A stretch of 62,301 nt of DNA, counting the filler, from Bipalium vagum (Eukaryota), in assembly GCA_037834085.1 (NCBI GenBank). It is 3 parts of 3 records of this genome, joined end to end, with 100 filler letters (N's around TTAATTAATTAA, not from the genome) between each part and the next. Parts side by side here need not be neighbours in the genome. Positions count along the whole stretch, not along the records: positions 20,738 to 37,093 come from JBBMKC010114947.1; positions 37,194 to 62,301 come from JBBMKC010197053.1; 1 more part is not named here. One strand, written 5' to 3'. Each line of letters begins with the position of its first letter. Position 1 is the stretch's first letter. The notes under the pieces were generated by a model, which saw nothing but the letters and a program-made list of their open reading frames with translations, was not told the DNA's origin and did not search any database. Shown piece after piece: positions 26,861 to 38,154 of the stretch. The position numbers and the translations under genes were made by a program.

Positions 26861-27326
26861 TACTATTCTTTAAATTCAGTAACTCAGTAATATTAGATAT
26901 TGAGTAATCATAAAGGTAGACCCTTAATAGAAATCTTCAATGAAGTAAGGCCTATATTCCTATTGGCTTAGATATAACATAATTTATCTTTGAAGAAATT
27001 TTTTTATTAAGAAATTCAAGTATTGTTATACTCCAGTGTGTAGTTTTACGAGTTTCAAGGTCAAATAATTTCTCTGCTTAAGTATTATTATTTTAAATAG
27101 ATACTCTAAGCAAATAGCTAAATGATGATCTACCCATTATAAGGCAGTCTATAATCAAGAAAGATGAAAAAATAAAAATTTTGTAGTGAGTTCTATCGAC
27201 TATCTTCATAGAACTTCATATCTGTTTTTCTAGAGTCATTTTTTCCTTTCTTAGTTATTTAAAATATCTTAATACAAAAAATAAGACTCATTTAGATTTT
27301 TATTGCTCCACAAAATGTGATGATAA

Positions 27327-28227
27327 TTAATCTTCTACTGTTGGCTCTTTGAAATTCTCTCCCTTATATGGACTATGTAGGATGCCCATCGTATAAGCTG
27401 GACTACTCGGTAAATGAGACTTAACCTTTATAAAAGAAATTAAAGTTTTCAATAAAAATATTTTTATTACTATTTCATGTTTGTAATGTGGTGGAGCAGG
27501 CGTGATGAGCTTAGAGTCAGGTGGCTTAGCTCCAGTTGATATCGTATATTTCGGTGCAGCAGCCAGAACTATATCTGGTGAGCCAACTTTATAATCAGCC
27601 GGTCCGGGACCCTATGGAAAATGTTATATGTACTTTTAATATCTTAAATACCTCTTTGGACTTATCGTATGTTAGGTATTGACTGACAGAGTATTTAGGT
27701 GCACTGGGCTTGTCACTAGTTATATCCGGAGATGGTAGTTTATACTCATTGGGACCTAAAGTACAAGTAGATTTCATAAATGTTGATACCAGAAAAAACA
27801 TACCAGGTGTGTCATCTGTAGTAAATTTATTTAAATATTGTCCAATTATGTGTTCGGGAGCTTTAGTCCACGCGATCGTTTTTGATCTTTCTAAATCATA
27901 ATCACTTGGCCCAGGAGTTACTTCTTTCTTCAATGGATCCAGTATTTGACCAATCGAGTACTTTGGAATGGAGTGTATACCCTGGTGTGTTAACTTGGAA
28001 TCCGGACCATATGCTGCAGGTCCAGGACTTTTTGGACCTCTGTCGTATTCTGATTTTAGGCCAAAGGAATATGATGGAGCCTTATAATAAACACTTCTCA
28101 TATCATGACCCTTTTCTCCAAGTAATGGAGGTAAACCATAAATAGGTCCAGGGTTTGAAAATTGTGCTGCAATGGGTACTCGAGGCTTTGTGTATGGATA
28201 TCCTTTAACTGGTTCGGTATTTTTCAT
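27327..28227 (-). CDS. ODF3: outer dense fiber protein 3-like / SHIPPO-repeat ciliary microtubule-associated protein (255 aa)
   Basis: Exons 28227-27804, 27755-27652, 27611-27471 and 27425-27327 total 768 nt from ATG to TAA; GT-AG introns are 48, 40 and 45 nt. Motifs: PIAAQFSNPGPIYGLPPLLG..HD..KAPSYSFG, repeated PGPxxY and APKYS/T units, C-terminal PAYTMGILHSPY. Confidence 0.93.
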
Positions 28228-28987
28228 TGCTTTTTGAAAGATGTTTAAATCGATGTTAAATTCTTTCGCTCGGTAACTAATTATGAAATAATTTATCTAT
28301 TTAATATATTTGAAAAAATCTATAAAATCATTTTTAAATATATATTAATTAATTTACCATAATTTCTTTTTTTGGATTAACAATATGTCATGAAAATGTA
28401 TTTTTCTTAGAAATATTTATCTTTTGTATTACTTAAATATTTACTTAAAATATTTTTAATATATTTTTAAATTAAATAACTGAAATATTTTGTTTTTATT
28501 TAAAATATTATACTTTTTTTTGTATTTAATGGTATTTATAATTTTTATCATAACTTATTTTCGATAAATTCTTTTGTCATCAATAATAAAAATTTGTTTA
28601 ATTTTGTATTAAATATTCTATTTATTAAAATCTTGACAATTGATATCATTGTTGGGATCCACAGTAAAACTGATAAAAAACAAATTCCAAAGAAACAGAT
28701 TCCATAGATCGCTGATGAACCTCAGGAGCCGATGGAGAGTGACGAAAGCTATCCGAAACTTGTAATCAACATTGGAAACATTTGATTTGATATTTGATTT
28801 GAATTTACATTACATTTTATTTTACATTTTACATTTTATATTTGAATATGCATGAAAAGGCTTCGTAGGGCCAACTATCTTTATTTCTATATTTCTGAAT
28901 AAAGGATGTTGGGTTATGGAATTAATAATAATAGGAAGAAGAATTTATTAATAAATAATAATAATTTTTTATAAAAAAATTTTTTTT

Positions 28988-29396
28988 TGTTCTCTAGACA
29001 AAATTTTACCGTGGGGATTTTCGGCAGATTAGACTAATGGATTCCCTGACAGTCGTTCTCGGGTGGACTACAGGATTCCATTAGCCTTGATATGAGTCTA
29101 TCTCGGCGTGGAGATAGAGTTGATGGCTATTAGGGAAAATAGCCATCTCTAAGCGTAGGAATTGGTGATCGTAGACCAATCTCTACGACTATTATTTTGG
29201 TTACATTTTTATTTATTGGACTCATTAATTATAGGGTGATTTATAGAAGTGGTTTGTCGTTCTGATTATTATTTATTGTGTTTTATCTAAATAAAGTTTT
29301 ATTTTAGAAGTTTTGAATCAGTTCTTAGGAATCGGATACAGTATTATTGTGGGTGTTTTGATTCGAATAAGGTTTGAAAAAGTAACGAACACTACA
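28988..29396 (+). other. hairpin-rich element: candidate LTR or structured ncRNA
   Basis: Four consecutive stem-loops at 29034-29187. TGT at 28988, AATAAA near 29290, and possible ACA ends at 29340 or 29396. Identity and strand are unresolved. Confidence 0.35.
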
Positions 29397-29523
29397 TTTT
29401 TATAGAAGTGAGGAGTTATCTGACTCGTTATCTATCTATTCGTTGATGGAGAAAATCAGTTCAAACAACAATAATCTTTATTGATATCACAATACAGAAT
29501 TACTGTCTAATTAATGATAATTA

Positions 29524-30459
29524 CAGAACCCTCCAAACGTTTGTTCACTCCTGTAAAATTTACGAATTTACTTAATTTGTGTTTTAATAACTGAAGTTTT
29601 AAATTATTTAATAATAAATTTAATAAATAATATTGATGTATGTTAATTATTTAAATTTTTATAGCTTTTATTTCAGTTACAGAATGTCAAAAAAATATCC
29701 GAATTTAATAGAAATGTCATAGTTGTACTTATGGAGTAGGAAAACCTGGAATAAAATTTAATTAGATTTACGGAATCAATATTTCACCAGTGTATCTAGA
29801 CGTGGAATGCAAAAGATTTGGTAAAAGTTTTTAAGAACAAACAAAACGAAAGATTTAGCTTGCCTTGGAAGACCTTGACAGGTATCAATAAGAAGTGAAA
29901 GATTACTCAAAAGAATTTCAAGGGCAAACAATAACCTTTCCGTGGCACAAGTAACTAATAACTTCTTATCTCAAAACAGTACTACAATATCATCGAGTAT
30001 CGTCAGAAGAACTCGATAAAAATATGGTATTCATGGTTACAGAAACATAAGGAAACATTTCCTATCAATAAGACAAAGACAAAAGAGAATTTTATGGGCC
30101 AACAAGCATAAATATTGGGATTTTAATAAGTGAAAAAATGCTGTCTTCAGTGACGAAAGCATTTTCCAGTGTTATAGTCAGATGAGAAACATTGGATGAT
30201 ACGGATAGCGAATTACAAACCAGGAAATATACACCAAACTATGAGTCACGGACCTAAAATACATGTATGGAGATGCTTTTCTTCGAATGGTGTGGGATTA
30301 TTAAAGAAGGTAGAAGGTTCCATGGATGCCAAATTATACCAGAAAAGAATAGTATTCAATTTCACTATGCTCCCGTGCTATTAAGGATAAATTGAAAGGG
30401 GTGTATTTATAACGTTAATTCAAATTAAAGTTAGGAAAAATAAATTTGGAGGGTTACTG
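29524..30459 (+). mobile_element. internally deleted Tc1-like transposon with both TIRs and TA target sites
   Basis: TA-CAGAACCCTCCAAA at left and TTTGGAGGGTTACTG-TA at right. Reads AVFSDESIF and TMSHGPKIHVWRCFSSNGVGLL. Confidence 0.88.
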
Positions 30460-30966
30460 TATTTGAGTGTTTTTATTGTCTGGTTTACTGGATTTTTAGT
30501 TTGAAAAGTATGTGAAATCAAAGCATAATTTTCCATTTAAGATCTCCTTTCAAATTTACATTATTTACTTTCTGGCACTGGAAATAATTTAGACTTTTCG
30601 TGATTAATTATATTGATATTGGAGTAAGAAACGTACTAATACATTCCGACATAGAAATCAAGGCTAAAAAATAAAATAACACAAGCGGCGGTAAAAAAAC
30701 AAATCTCCGTCCAAAGGATCAGGTATAATAACTATTTATATAATAAAAATACCCAAAATAACAAAAATTAATTTGAAAATACAACCTATTGTAATTTATA
30801 CTGCAAAATGACGGAACGCTTCAAAGTTTGATAAGTTAGGCGTCGCAATGCGAAAGTGAAATAAAGAGCGTATAGCACAGCTGATAAACGAGAAAAGCCC
30901 TTTCTAACAAATATCACAAATTATAAATTGTCATAATTATCAATATCATCATGAAAAAATGAGCGA

Positions 30967-32244
30967 TTAATCTTTCAACGGAACCAGCACCTCAACGAAG
31001 TTAACTGGAAAAAATCCAGTCTGACCACGAATTTCGCCTTCGAACCAATTTTCATCAACCTTTTGTGACAATAAAAAAACAAAATAAACATTAATAATAA
31101 TAATATAACCAAATAATTTATTATTATTGTTCTTATTATTACTTTATTCTAAAGGATTTTCCGGATAAGTGGGAAATCTTTGTACATGAATATAAAGTCT
31201 ACACAATAAATTATTTGATGTGATCTTCATTAGCTACCACAATCGCTTTTAGCTTCGACAGAAATCTGCAGCATATCAGTTTTTTCTTCTTCCTGATTCA
31301 AATTTACCATTACTTTCTTGACAGAATCCTCTAATGAATTGGCCCTGCCCTTCAACTATGTCACATCGATATTCGACCGGTTGGTAGTCAGGACTGAAAG
31401 GAGAATAGAAGTCTGGTGATCAATTTTTGATTAGATTTTCGTAAACCGATGCCAGAGAGCTTCTTGCTTTATGAGCAGGAGCAGAGTCTTGTTTAAATAC
31501 ATACTTTCTCCACCCGACTAATTTGTCGATCAAGAGATCTAAAACCGTCTCCATTAGGTTTTAATATCTCCCTGTGTCGACTACAAGATATTTCTCGACA
31601 GATGCTTGTAACTTAGAATGTCTGACAGTAGGAATGCACTGAAGAATGCTGGCAGATTCAGCGGTCATTTTCAGATTATACTTTCCTGTATGGAACTAAA
31701 TATCTATTATCTAAGAAGAACGTTAAAAACTCAGTGCTATCATGCCTCATGTTAATGTTTCTTTTACTACACTAACTGCTGAGTTTAATACCTTTACTTT
31801 GTATGATACTTCAGCTATATTTTTTGAGAAATCAGTATCCATCTTCTCTTTTAAATCGGCCATTAAATTTGGATTATTTTCTGATAATAACGTTTAATGT
31901 ATGTTTTCCTTTTTGTATTTAGATTATCTTTGTAATCATTCTCCTCAAGCCTTGTATCAGGTGTTTAAAACTATTGTCTTGCTATAGCCAAATCAATCAA
32001 TTAATTTGGAAGTTTACCCGGTATGAAGTGATTGTAGCACTAATGATCTTCTATTGTATTGTGAAGTCATATCTAAATCATAAAGTTAAGTTTTCTATGA
32101 TTAATATTCTCGATAAATTAACTTAGTTAAACAAATGAAATTTTGATGAATTTTACAAAAGTACTATGTTAAATACAACACTGACTATATTCCGGGATTA
32201 TCTCGAACACCGTATATTAAATATTAAAGCTAATTATGATAATA

Positions 32245-32323
<79 letters not shown>

Positions 32324-33630
32324 GGCTTTAAAAACATTCACAAACCTGTTGAATTAGTTTAACGACATCTCCTTCTGAAAAAGCAAGTTCATTCGCAGAT
32401 TCCGCAGCAAAGTCATAAAGAGCACGACAACATGGTGTTGTTGACTGTGAGTCTGAAAAATCAAAGAAAATTAATTATGATGATAAAAATAATTATTAAT
32501 ATTAATCAATAAAAAATAAAAAGAAATGATAACTAATTTTCATTAATATAACATTGAAACGAAAATAGAGGGAACACAATTCTTTGAAAATAATAAAACC
32601 ATTATTAATAATTATAATTAATATTTAATAAATGAAAAAAAAATCGTAAATATAAACTTTTTAAAGCGAAAAATAGACAAGCATGATGTATTGTTAAAGT
32701 TCAACAGTAACAGTTTGTTATTAACTTAAAAATAAAAATACAATATACATAGTCTAATCAATAAGTGTTATATCGATTATTACAAACTTTTTAATAAAAA
32801 TAATAACAATAATAATAAATGAAGCCTGGTGTTCTGGTCATTAATTAAAATTCTTATGCAATTCCTGTCATGATATGTACTATATTTATTAGAAGTTCAA
32901 AAGATTTTAGATAAGGTATGTCCAAAGTACAGTCTGAAAAAAAGAAACATTTACTAAGTCTATCGGAGTGAGCATATATGATTTAACTGGAGTTATCTAT
33001 TATCATTTTCATAATTTGCCAGTCAAACTTAGAAACCACTAGTTCAGATAGTTATTATTAAAAACCAAATATGTTTCATAAATTTTCAAATAAAATCAAT
33101 ATTAAAAATTTGTACCATAGCCCTTTTTAAATACAAATGTTGGATTAGGACTGTTTGACCCAACTCCTGCGCTGCTACCAATCGGACTATTGAAACCACT
33201 GCTGTTGTCGTCTGAAACTGTTGTCTTACTATAACTGTGACTGGTTGGCACTCTGGAACTTCTCTTTTTGTCTGACGAGTTGGCCTCGTCTCTTCTAGTT
33301 GTGATCAAACATCGAATAAATGATATCATTATCTGAACTAGGTCAGGAAAAACATGAAAAAACTACTTGCTCATCAATTTTGCATACAAAGACTCGAAAA
33401 TATCGGCGGCTTCGTGGTGGTAATCCCGTTCACCTCGGATGAACGCTGCGATTATGTTGATATGTTCGGCCTGTTGGATTTTTTTCATTGAACAAAAACA
33501 TTAATTAATGAAAACAAAAAATCCAAAACCTCAGAATCGAGGAAGTTCATCATGGCCTCTGACGCCAATTCTTTTGATTCTTCGAATTTCTTGTGAGCAT
33601 CGTCCAATTCTGATTCAACGACTTTGGCAC
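30967..33630 (-). CDS. SH3GL: endophilin-A (SH3GL family), partial: end of BAR domain, linker, SH3
   Basis: Phase-compatible exons: 33630-33530 (ELDDAHKKFEESKELASEAMMNFLDSE), 33470-33367 (AEHINIIAAFIRGERDYHHEAADIF), 33294-33116 (Ser-rich linker), 32452-32346 (PCCRALYDFAAESANELAFSEGDVVKLIQQ), 31059-30967 (VDENWFEGEIRGQTGFFPVNFVEVLVPLKD*). The 5' exons were not found before the spacer at 37094. Confidence 0.92.
31150..32216 (-). mobile_element. degenerate Tc1/mariner element (probably DD37D-like) in last endophilin intron
   Basis: Minus strand reads VFKQDSAPAHKA and PDFYSPFSPD; weak terminal inverted similarity. Confidence 0.6.
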
Positions 33631-33757
33631 CTGATATTTGATGAAAATAATTTGAAAAAATATGAGAAAATCGAAAACTTTAACAAAACTTGGCCGTTAA
33701 ATTGATTATGTTCCATTAATGATAACAGATCAATTAGAATGATTTTTATTTATTTAT

Positions 33758-33788
<31 letters not shown>

Positions 33789-33979
33789 TATTGAGTTTCA
33801 ATTTAAGTTTTAAATCAATGAAATCATTAATTTTACTAAATATTATTATTATTATTATTTTATAAAGTTTAAAAATCAATAAGTACATTGAATTTTAATG
33901 AAATCGAGTGGAATAATATAAAAACAACGAGTTATGTTTTTGGATAAATGACCTTTGAAAATGAAAGATCATTTCATAT

Positions 33980-35185
33980 AAAAGATAAATAAAAAGTGGC
34001 GGTTTGATAATAAAATCTTTATTATGTTAATTTTTTTTCAAATATTTTCAATAAGAGACGATTATTTTAGGCACTAGATAAGATTCTTTAATAATATATA
34101 ATCATTTTAAATTTAACCTTATAAAGTTCCATTTTTTTGATAATTTCCTAAGACATTTCCTACACATTTCCAAGTTCAAATTTTATACAAAAAAGATTAA
34201 GAGAGCCATGTGGAAATATGTAAAGTAACAAGAGCACTGTTAAGAGCAGTAGAAAGAACTATCTCTAAAATAAAAATCGGATACAGTCTTGAAAGAAAGG
34301 AAATGAAAGGATCAGAAAATTTTCAAAACATAGATCTGCAGAAACTCAGCCAACTTGTCATAAAAGGGAACAAAAAACATCTTTTTATTTAAATGAAGAT
34401 ATGACAAATCATGGATTCCCCAAGAGTACATCCCAAAACCATTTTAAACTACCTGCATCGATTAGGATTTTCAAAATTTTCTCCTAATAAGATGACAAAT
34501 GTAACCTGTCGATATAAGGAGAAGAGTCATGGTGTGAGGAAAAAAGAACAAGATGGCATAACTGGAATTTTAACGATGAGACCAGATTTTCACTATAAGA
34601 CATGAAAGGACTAGACTACACCTGAGGTATATACTCCGAAATTTGGATCATCATTAATGATATGGAGTGTCATTAGCTCTTATAAGAGGTGCAATCAACA
34701 GCCAAAAATATCAGGAAATCTTGAAAGAGGCTAAAGACTCATTAACAACTCTTCAACCGAAATCATTCGTCCTTCAAGAAGACAGTGCAACATGCCATAT
34801 CTCAAAATCCACATTTGAATGATTGCGGAAAAACAAATGGGCGGTATCTTCATGATCAACTAACTATGCTGACCTCAATCTTAGGGAATTAATGAAAAAT
34901 GAGGTAAGAAAAAGACAATCAAAAGATATGGAACATTTTCAGATAGTTATACAAGAAATTTGGGATGGAATCTCTTTGGAAACTATCAAGTCATTAATTT
35001 GAAGAATGCCAATAAGAATTGAAAGCTGTCTTCAGAAATATGGAGGACAAATCAAATATCAATATTTATTGTTTTATTGAAATAAGTGCATGTGAAATAT
35101 TAATTAAATTTTATTTTTTTAATTTAAAGTCTCTTTGCTTTGTAAATTGATAAAAGCCAACCGCCCTTTTTATTGTGACGACTAT
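33980..35185 (+). mobile_element. degenerate full-length Tc1-like transposon
   Basis: TIR core AATAAAAAGTGGCGGTTTG at left and revcomp AATAAAAAGGGCGGTTGG at right. Reads VHPKTILNYLHRLG, SLMIWSVIS, VLQEDSATCH and MPIRIESC. Confidence 0.8.
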
Positions 35186-35189
35186 AATA

Positions 35190-35305
35190 TCATCTTTTCT
35201 TTATGACTGGTGTGATGTTTAAGCTGTGATGTTTGAAGGTATATTGGCCGCAGATGTACCAAAAATGGTTTGGATCATTTAATAAAAATATTTGACCCCG
35301 GGTAA
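35190..35305 (-). mobile_element. possible DNA transposase N-terminal fragment (Sola-like, uncertain)
   Basis: Reads LNDPNHFWYICGQYTFKHHSLNITPVIK, resembling the recalled CxNxPDxFCYICGxY start of an animal transposase family. It is cut off at the neighbouring Tc1. Confidence 0.35.
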
Positions 35306-35399
35306 TGTTATTATTAATTTCTCTAAATTACTTAATACTTCAACATTCATTTACAAAAAGTTGTATTCTTGTTTTCCAACAATTTGTTTTCCTGTGAAA

Positions 35400-35860
35400 T
35401 TATTGAAAAAAATTTTTAATCTGCCAATCTGTTACAATTGAAAAACAAGATATCCTCCTACTGCTTCGATTATTGCGAAAATCCTTTGCTCCATAGAATC
35501 TATGAGTCTGTAGCGGTAATTCTCGTTTCCCACGATAGTGCTTTTCAGCTTCTGATAGGTGCTGAAGAAGTCGTCACTGGTGATAGGCTTTATAGCCATA
35601 AGATGAAGTTGGTGTTTCATGCGTCCCCATACATTACAATGTGGTTAGCATCGGGACTGATTGCTGCCCACTACAGAAGAGGTGTGGCATGATCATCAAA
35701 CCAATCTCTAGTTTTTTTGGAAGTATGAATTGGTGCATTGTCTTGCTGGTAGAATTTGATGTTGTTCATTTGATATAAAGAAATGAGGTACTGTTCTAAT
35801 AGCTCAACATATTCCTCAGAATTAAACCAGCTGTTGAACTCTAACCAAATCACTGTAGCA
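35400..35860 (-). mobile_element. Tc1-like transposase 3' remnant
   Basis: FYQQDNAPIHTSKKTRDWF, WAAISPDANHI and RLIDSMEQRIFAIIEAVGG. Confidence 0.85.
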
Positions 35861-37026
35861 TCTCAAAAATTTATAAGAGCAAATTTATATGAGTGTGGAC
35901 GCTTTAGAGACCTTTTACATGCACATGGACTGCTCTGATACTGAACTGGGCATATATCACATTTTCCATACTTGATTAAAGAATTCCTCAAGAAACAAAG
36001 AAATATGCGTAAGAAATACAAAAATTAATAAATTAGTTTCAAAGTTGCAAAACCAAATTTCTCATTGAAACTGTTTTCGATTACAATAAATCTAGGATTT
36101 TTCTTAATTTTTTATGTGCTATTTGGCATGATCAGATTTTAATGAAGTCCGCATAAAACTTTAAAAAGGCCCGTTGATAGAAAAGTTTGCTCATCTCTAT
36201 TCTAAAGGAAATATAATAAAACATTTTAAAATAGTGTTTTTCTTATTAATCCTTGAGTGAAAATTTGTAGTTGTAACCCGTTAAAATAAATATTTATATA
36301 TTAGAACTTTGTCTTTTAATTTTGATGAAATTAATACAGAACTTATTCCACAACCCACAATATTTTATCATTTTAGAATTTAGTATTTATTGAATTATAA
36401 TCGAAATTCAATATTTTCAGAGAAATTATTATTGATAGTTAGATTTGCTAAAGCTAAAGAAAATTAGTTTTAAAATTTTATTTATAAAACAATTGTAATC
36501 AATTATTGTTGATTCTCTATTGAATACTCCTGTTATTGATTTAAATTATTTATAGAAATTTGAAATCAATTATTTTTAAAATACTGAATTATAAAAATTG
36601 TTAAAATATCAATATTTACAAATTAATTAATTAAAAAATAATAAATTATAAAATTTTAACCTTAATAATATTGAAAAATCTTAAACGTTTCAAAAACAGA
36701 AAGAAATATCATTTAAAGAAAATAAATTTTTGGTAATTTTTTCATGATAATTTTCTTATCATGTTTTATTTGGTCAATGTTGGTTTTAAATCGACTTTGA
36801 CGGTATATGTTACAGGACAAAGTCCATGCAAATAATCTCAATAGTTAAAATGACATGAAAGAGAATAATTTTCATTCTTAAAATAAAAAATAAAAAATAT
36901 GTATTTAAAGAAATATAAATAAAAATCTTATTTTATTCAAATTTTATTATTGATTTAAATAAAATCCATTTTTAAAAAAGATATTTTCTGTATAGATTAA
37001 TTGATGCGATCAGAAAATATTTATTT

Positions 37027-37068
<42 letters not shown>

Positions 37069-37093
37069 TTATTATTATTATTATTATTATTAT

Positions 37094-37193
37094 NNNNNNN
37101 NNNNNNNNNNNNNNNNNNNNNNNNNNNNNNNNNNNNNTTAATTAATTAANNNNNNNNNNNNNNNNNNNNNNNNNNNNNNNNNNNNNNNNNNNN
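37094..37193. other. artificial contig spacer N44-TTAATTAATTAA-N44
   Basis: Same 100-nt structure as 20638-20737. Confidence 0.95.
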
Positions 37194-37479
37194 TGACTGA
37201 TGTGGTTTACCATACATAATCCTGAAATAACTCCTGTATGTATACTTGTAAATAAAACAATAAAAAAAATAAAAATACACGTGTTTGTAAAAGTTATTTT
37301 TGTTTTACATCGGTTAGTCTTTTAGTGGCCACCCTGTATTTTAAAGATATTTTCTAAAAATCAGTCCAGAAATTATTTTGGTTAAGAAAAATGATAATCT
37401 GTTGGTGAAAATGATACTCTTAAATTTATAAAAATAGATAAGCGTGTGTTAATTAATTCTTTAAATTCTGAAATCTGAA

Positions 37480-37900
37480 AATGAACTTGGAGTGGATTTT
37501 TATTTACAAAACACATGTTATGCAGATGATGAACGATGGTGCTTTGAAAATGCTTGAGCTCCTCTGACAGCCTTTGGTGCTTTTACTGGGGAGCTGCTCT
37601 ACTAGGGCACAAAATTCTTCCTTGTCCACCACCGGTGGTCGATCCTAACGTTCCTGATCTTCAAGACCGGTATCAACATGATTAAAGCAACAAAACCACC
37701 ACTGAGTCGTATTTTCCTTGAGTACATCTTTTCCTTCCAAGTCGCAAACTTCTCGAGTTTCAGATGCAGCTGATAGACTTTTTTAACAATAATAATGTAA
37801 TAGGATCAGAATTAATGCTTTTTCTTTAATCTTTCAAACTGTAAAAATAAATGAATGAAATGTTATAAATTTAAATTTTAAAATTTAATTACTTTCTCCT
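37480..37900 (-). mobile_element. mariner N-terminal (HTH) remnant
   Basis: AASETREVCDLEGKDVLKENTTQWWF..TGLEDQER*DRPPVVD..LVEQ. A separate TIR end GTGGCCACCCTG-TA lies at about 37325-37338. Confidence 0.75.
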
Positions 37901-38154
37901 TTTCAAGGGCTTTTAAATGATACCAATTTTTTCTTATAAATATTATGATTAAATGATATGGTAAAACATGAACTTTAAATAACTAAAAACATGAATAACT
38001 TTTGACTCAACCTGATAAACTTCCAAACTTGAATGATTTTTTTTATTTTTATGGTTTTATAATATTTCTTCTCGTATTATAAGGTATTGTTTATTAGCAA
38101 AAATTATTAAATTATTTACAAGTTCCCATTGTCTGAATTTTTAAAATTCTTTAG

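Noticed and set aside
28705-28760. Hammerhead-like CTGATGA...CGAAA
   Set aside because: No convincing stem II, III or I pairing around the core; the stretch reads naturally as coding sequence.
29001-29200. U1 snRNA (ATTTTACCGTGG resembles ATACTTACCTGG)
   Set aside because: U1-70K (GATCACGAAG) and U1A (ATTGCAC) loops are absent at the expected positions and there is no terminal stem after the Sm-like site.
32166-32357. Poly-Leu ORF (also 48287-48487)
   Set aside because: Translation of TTA microsatellites.
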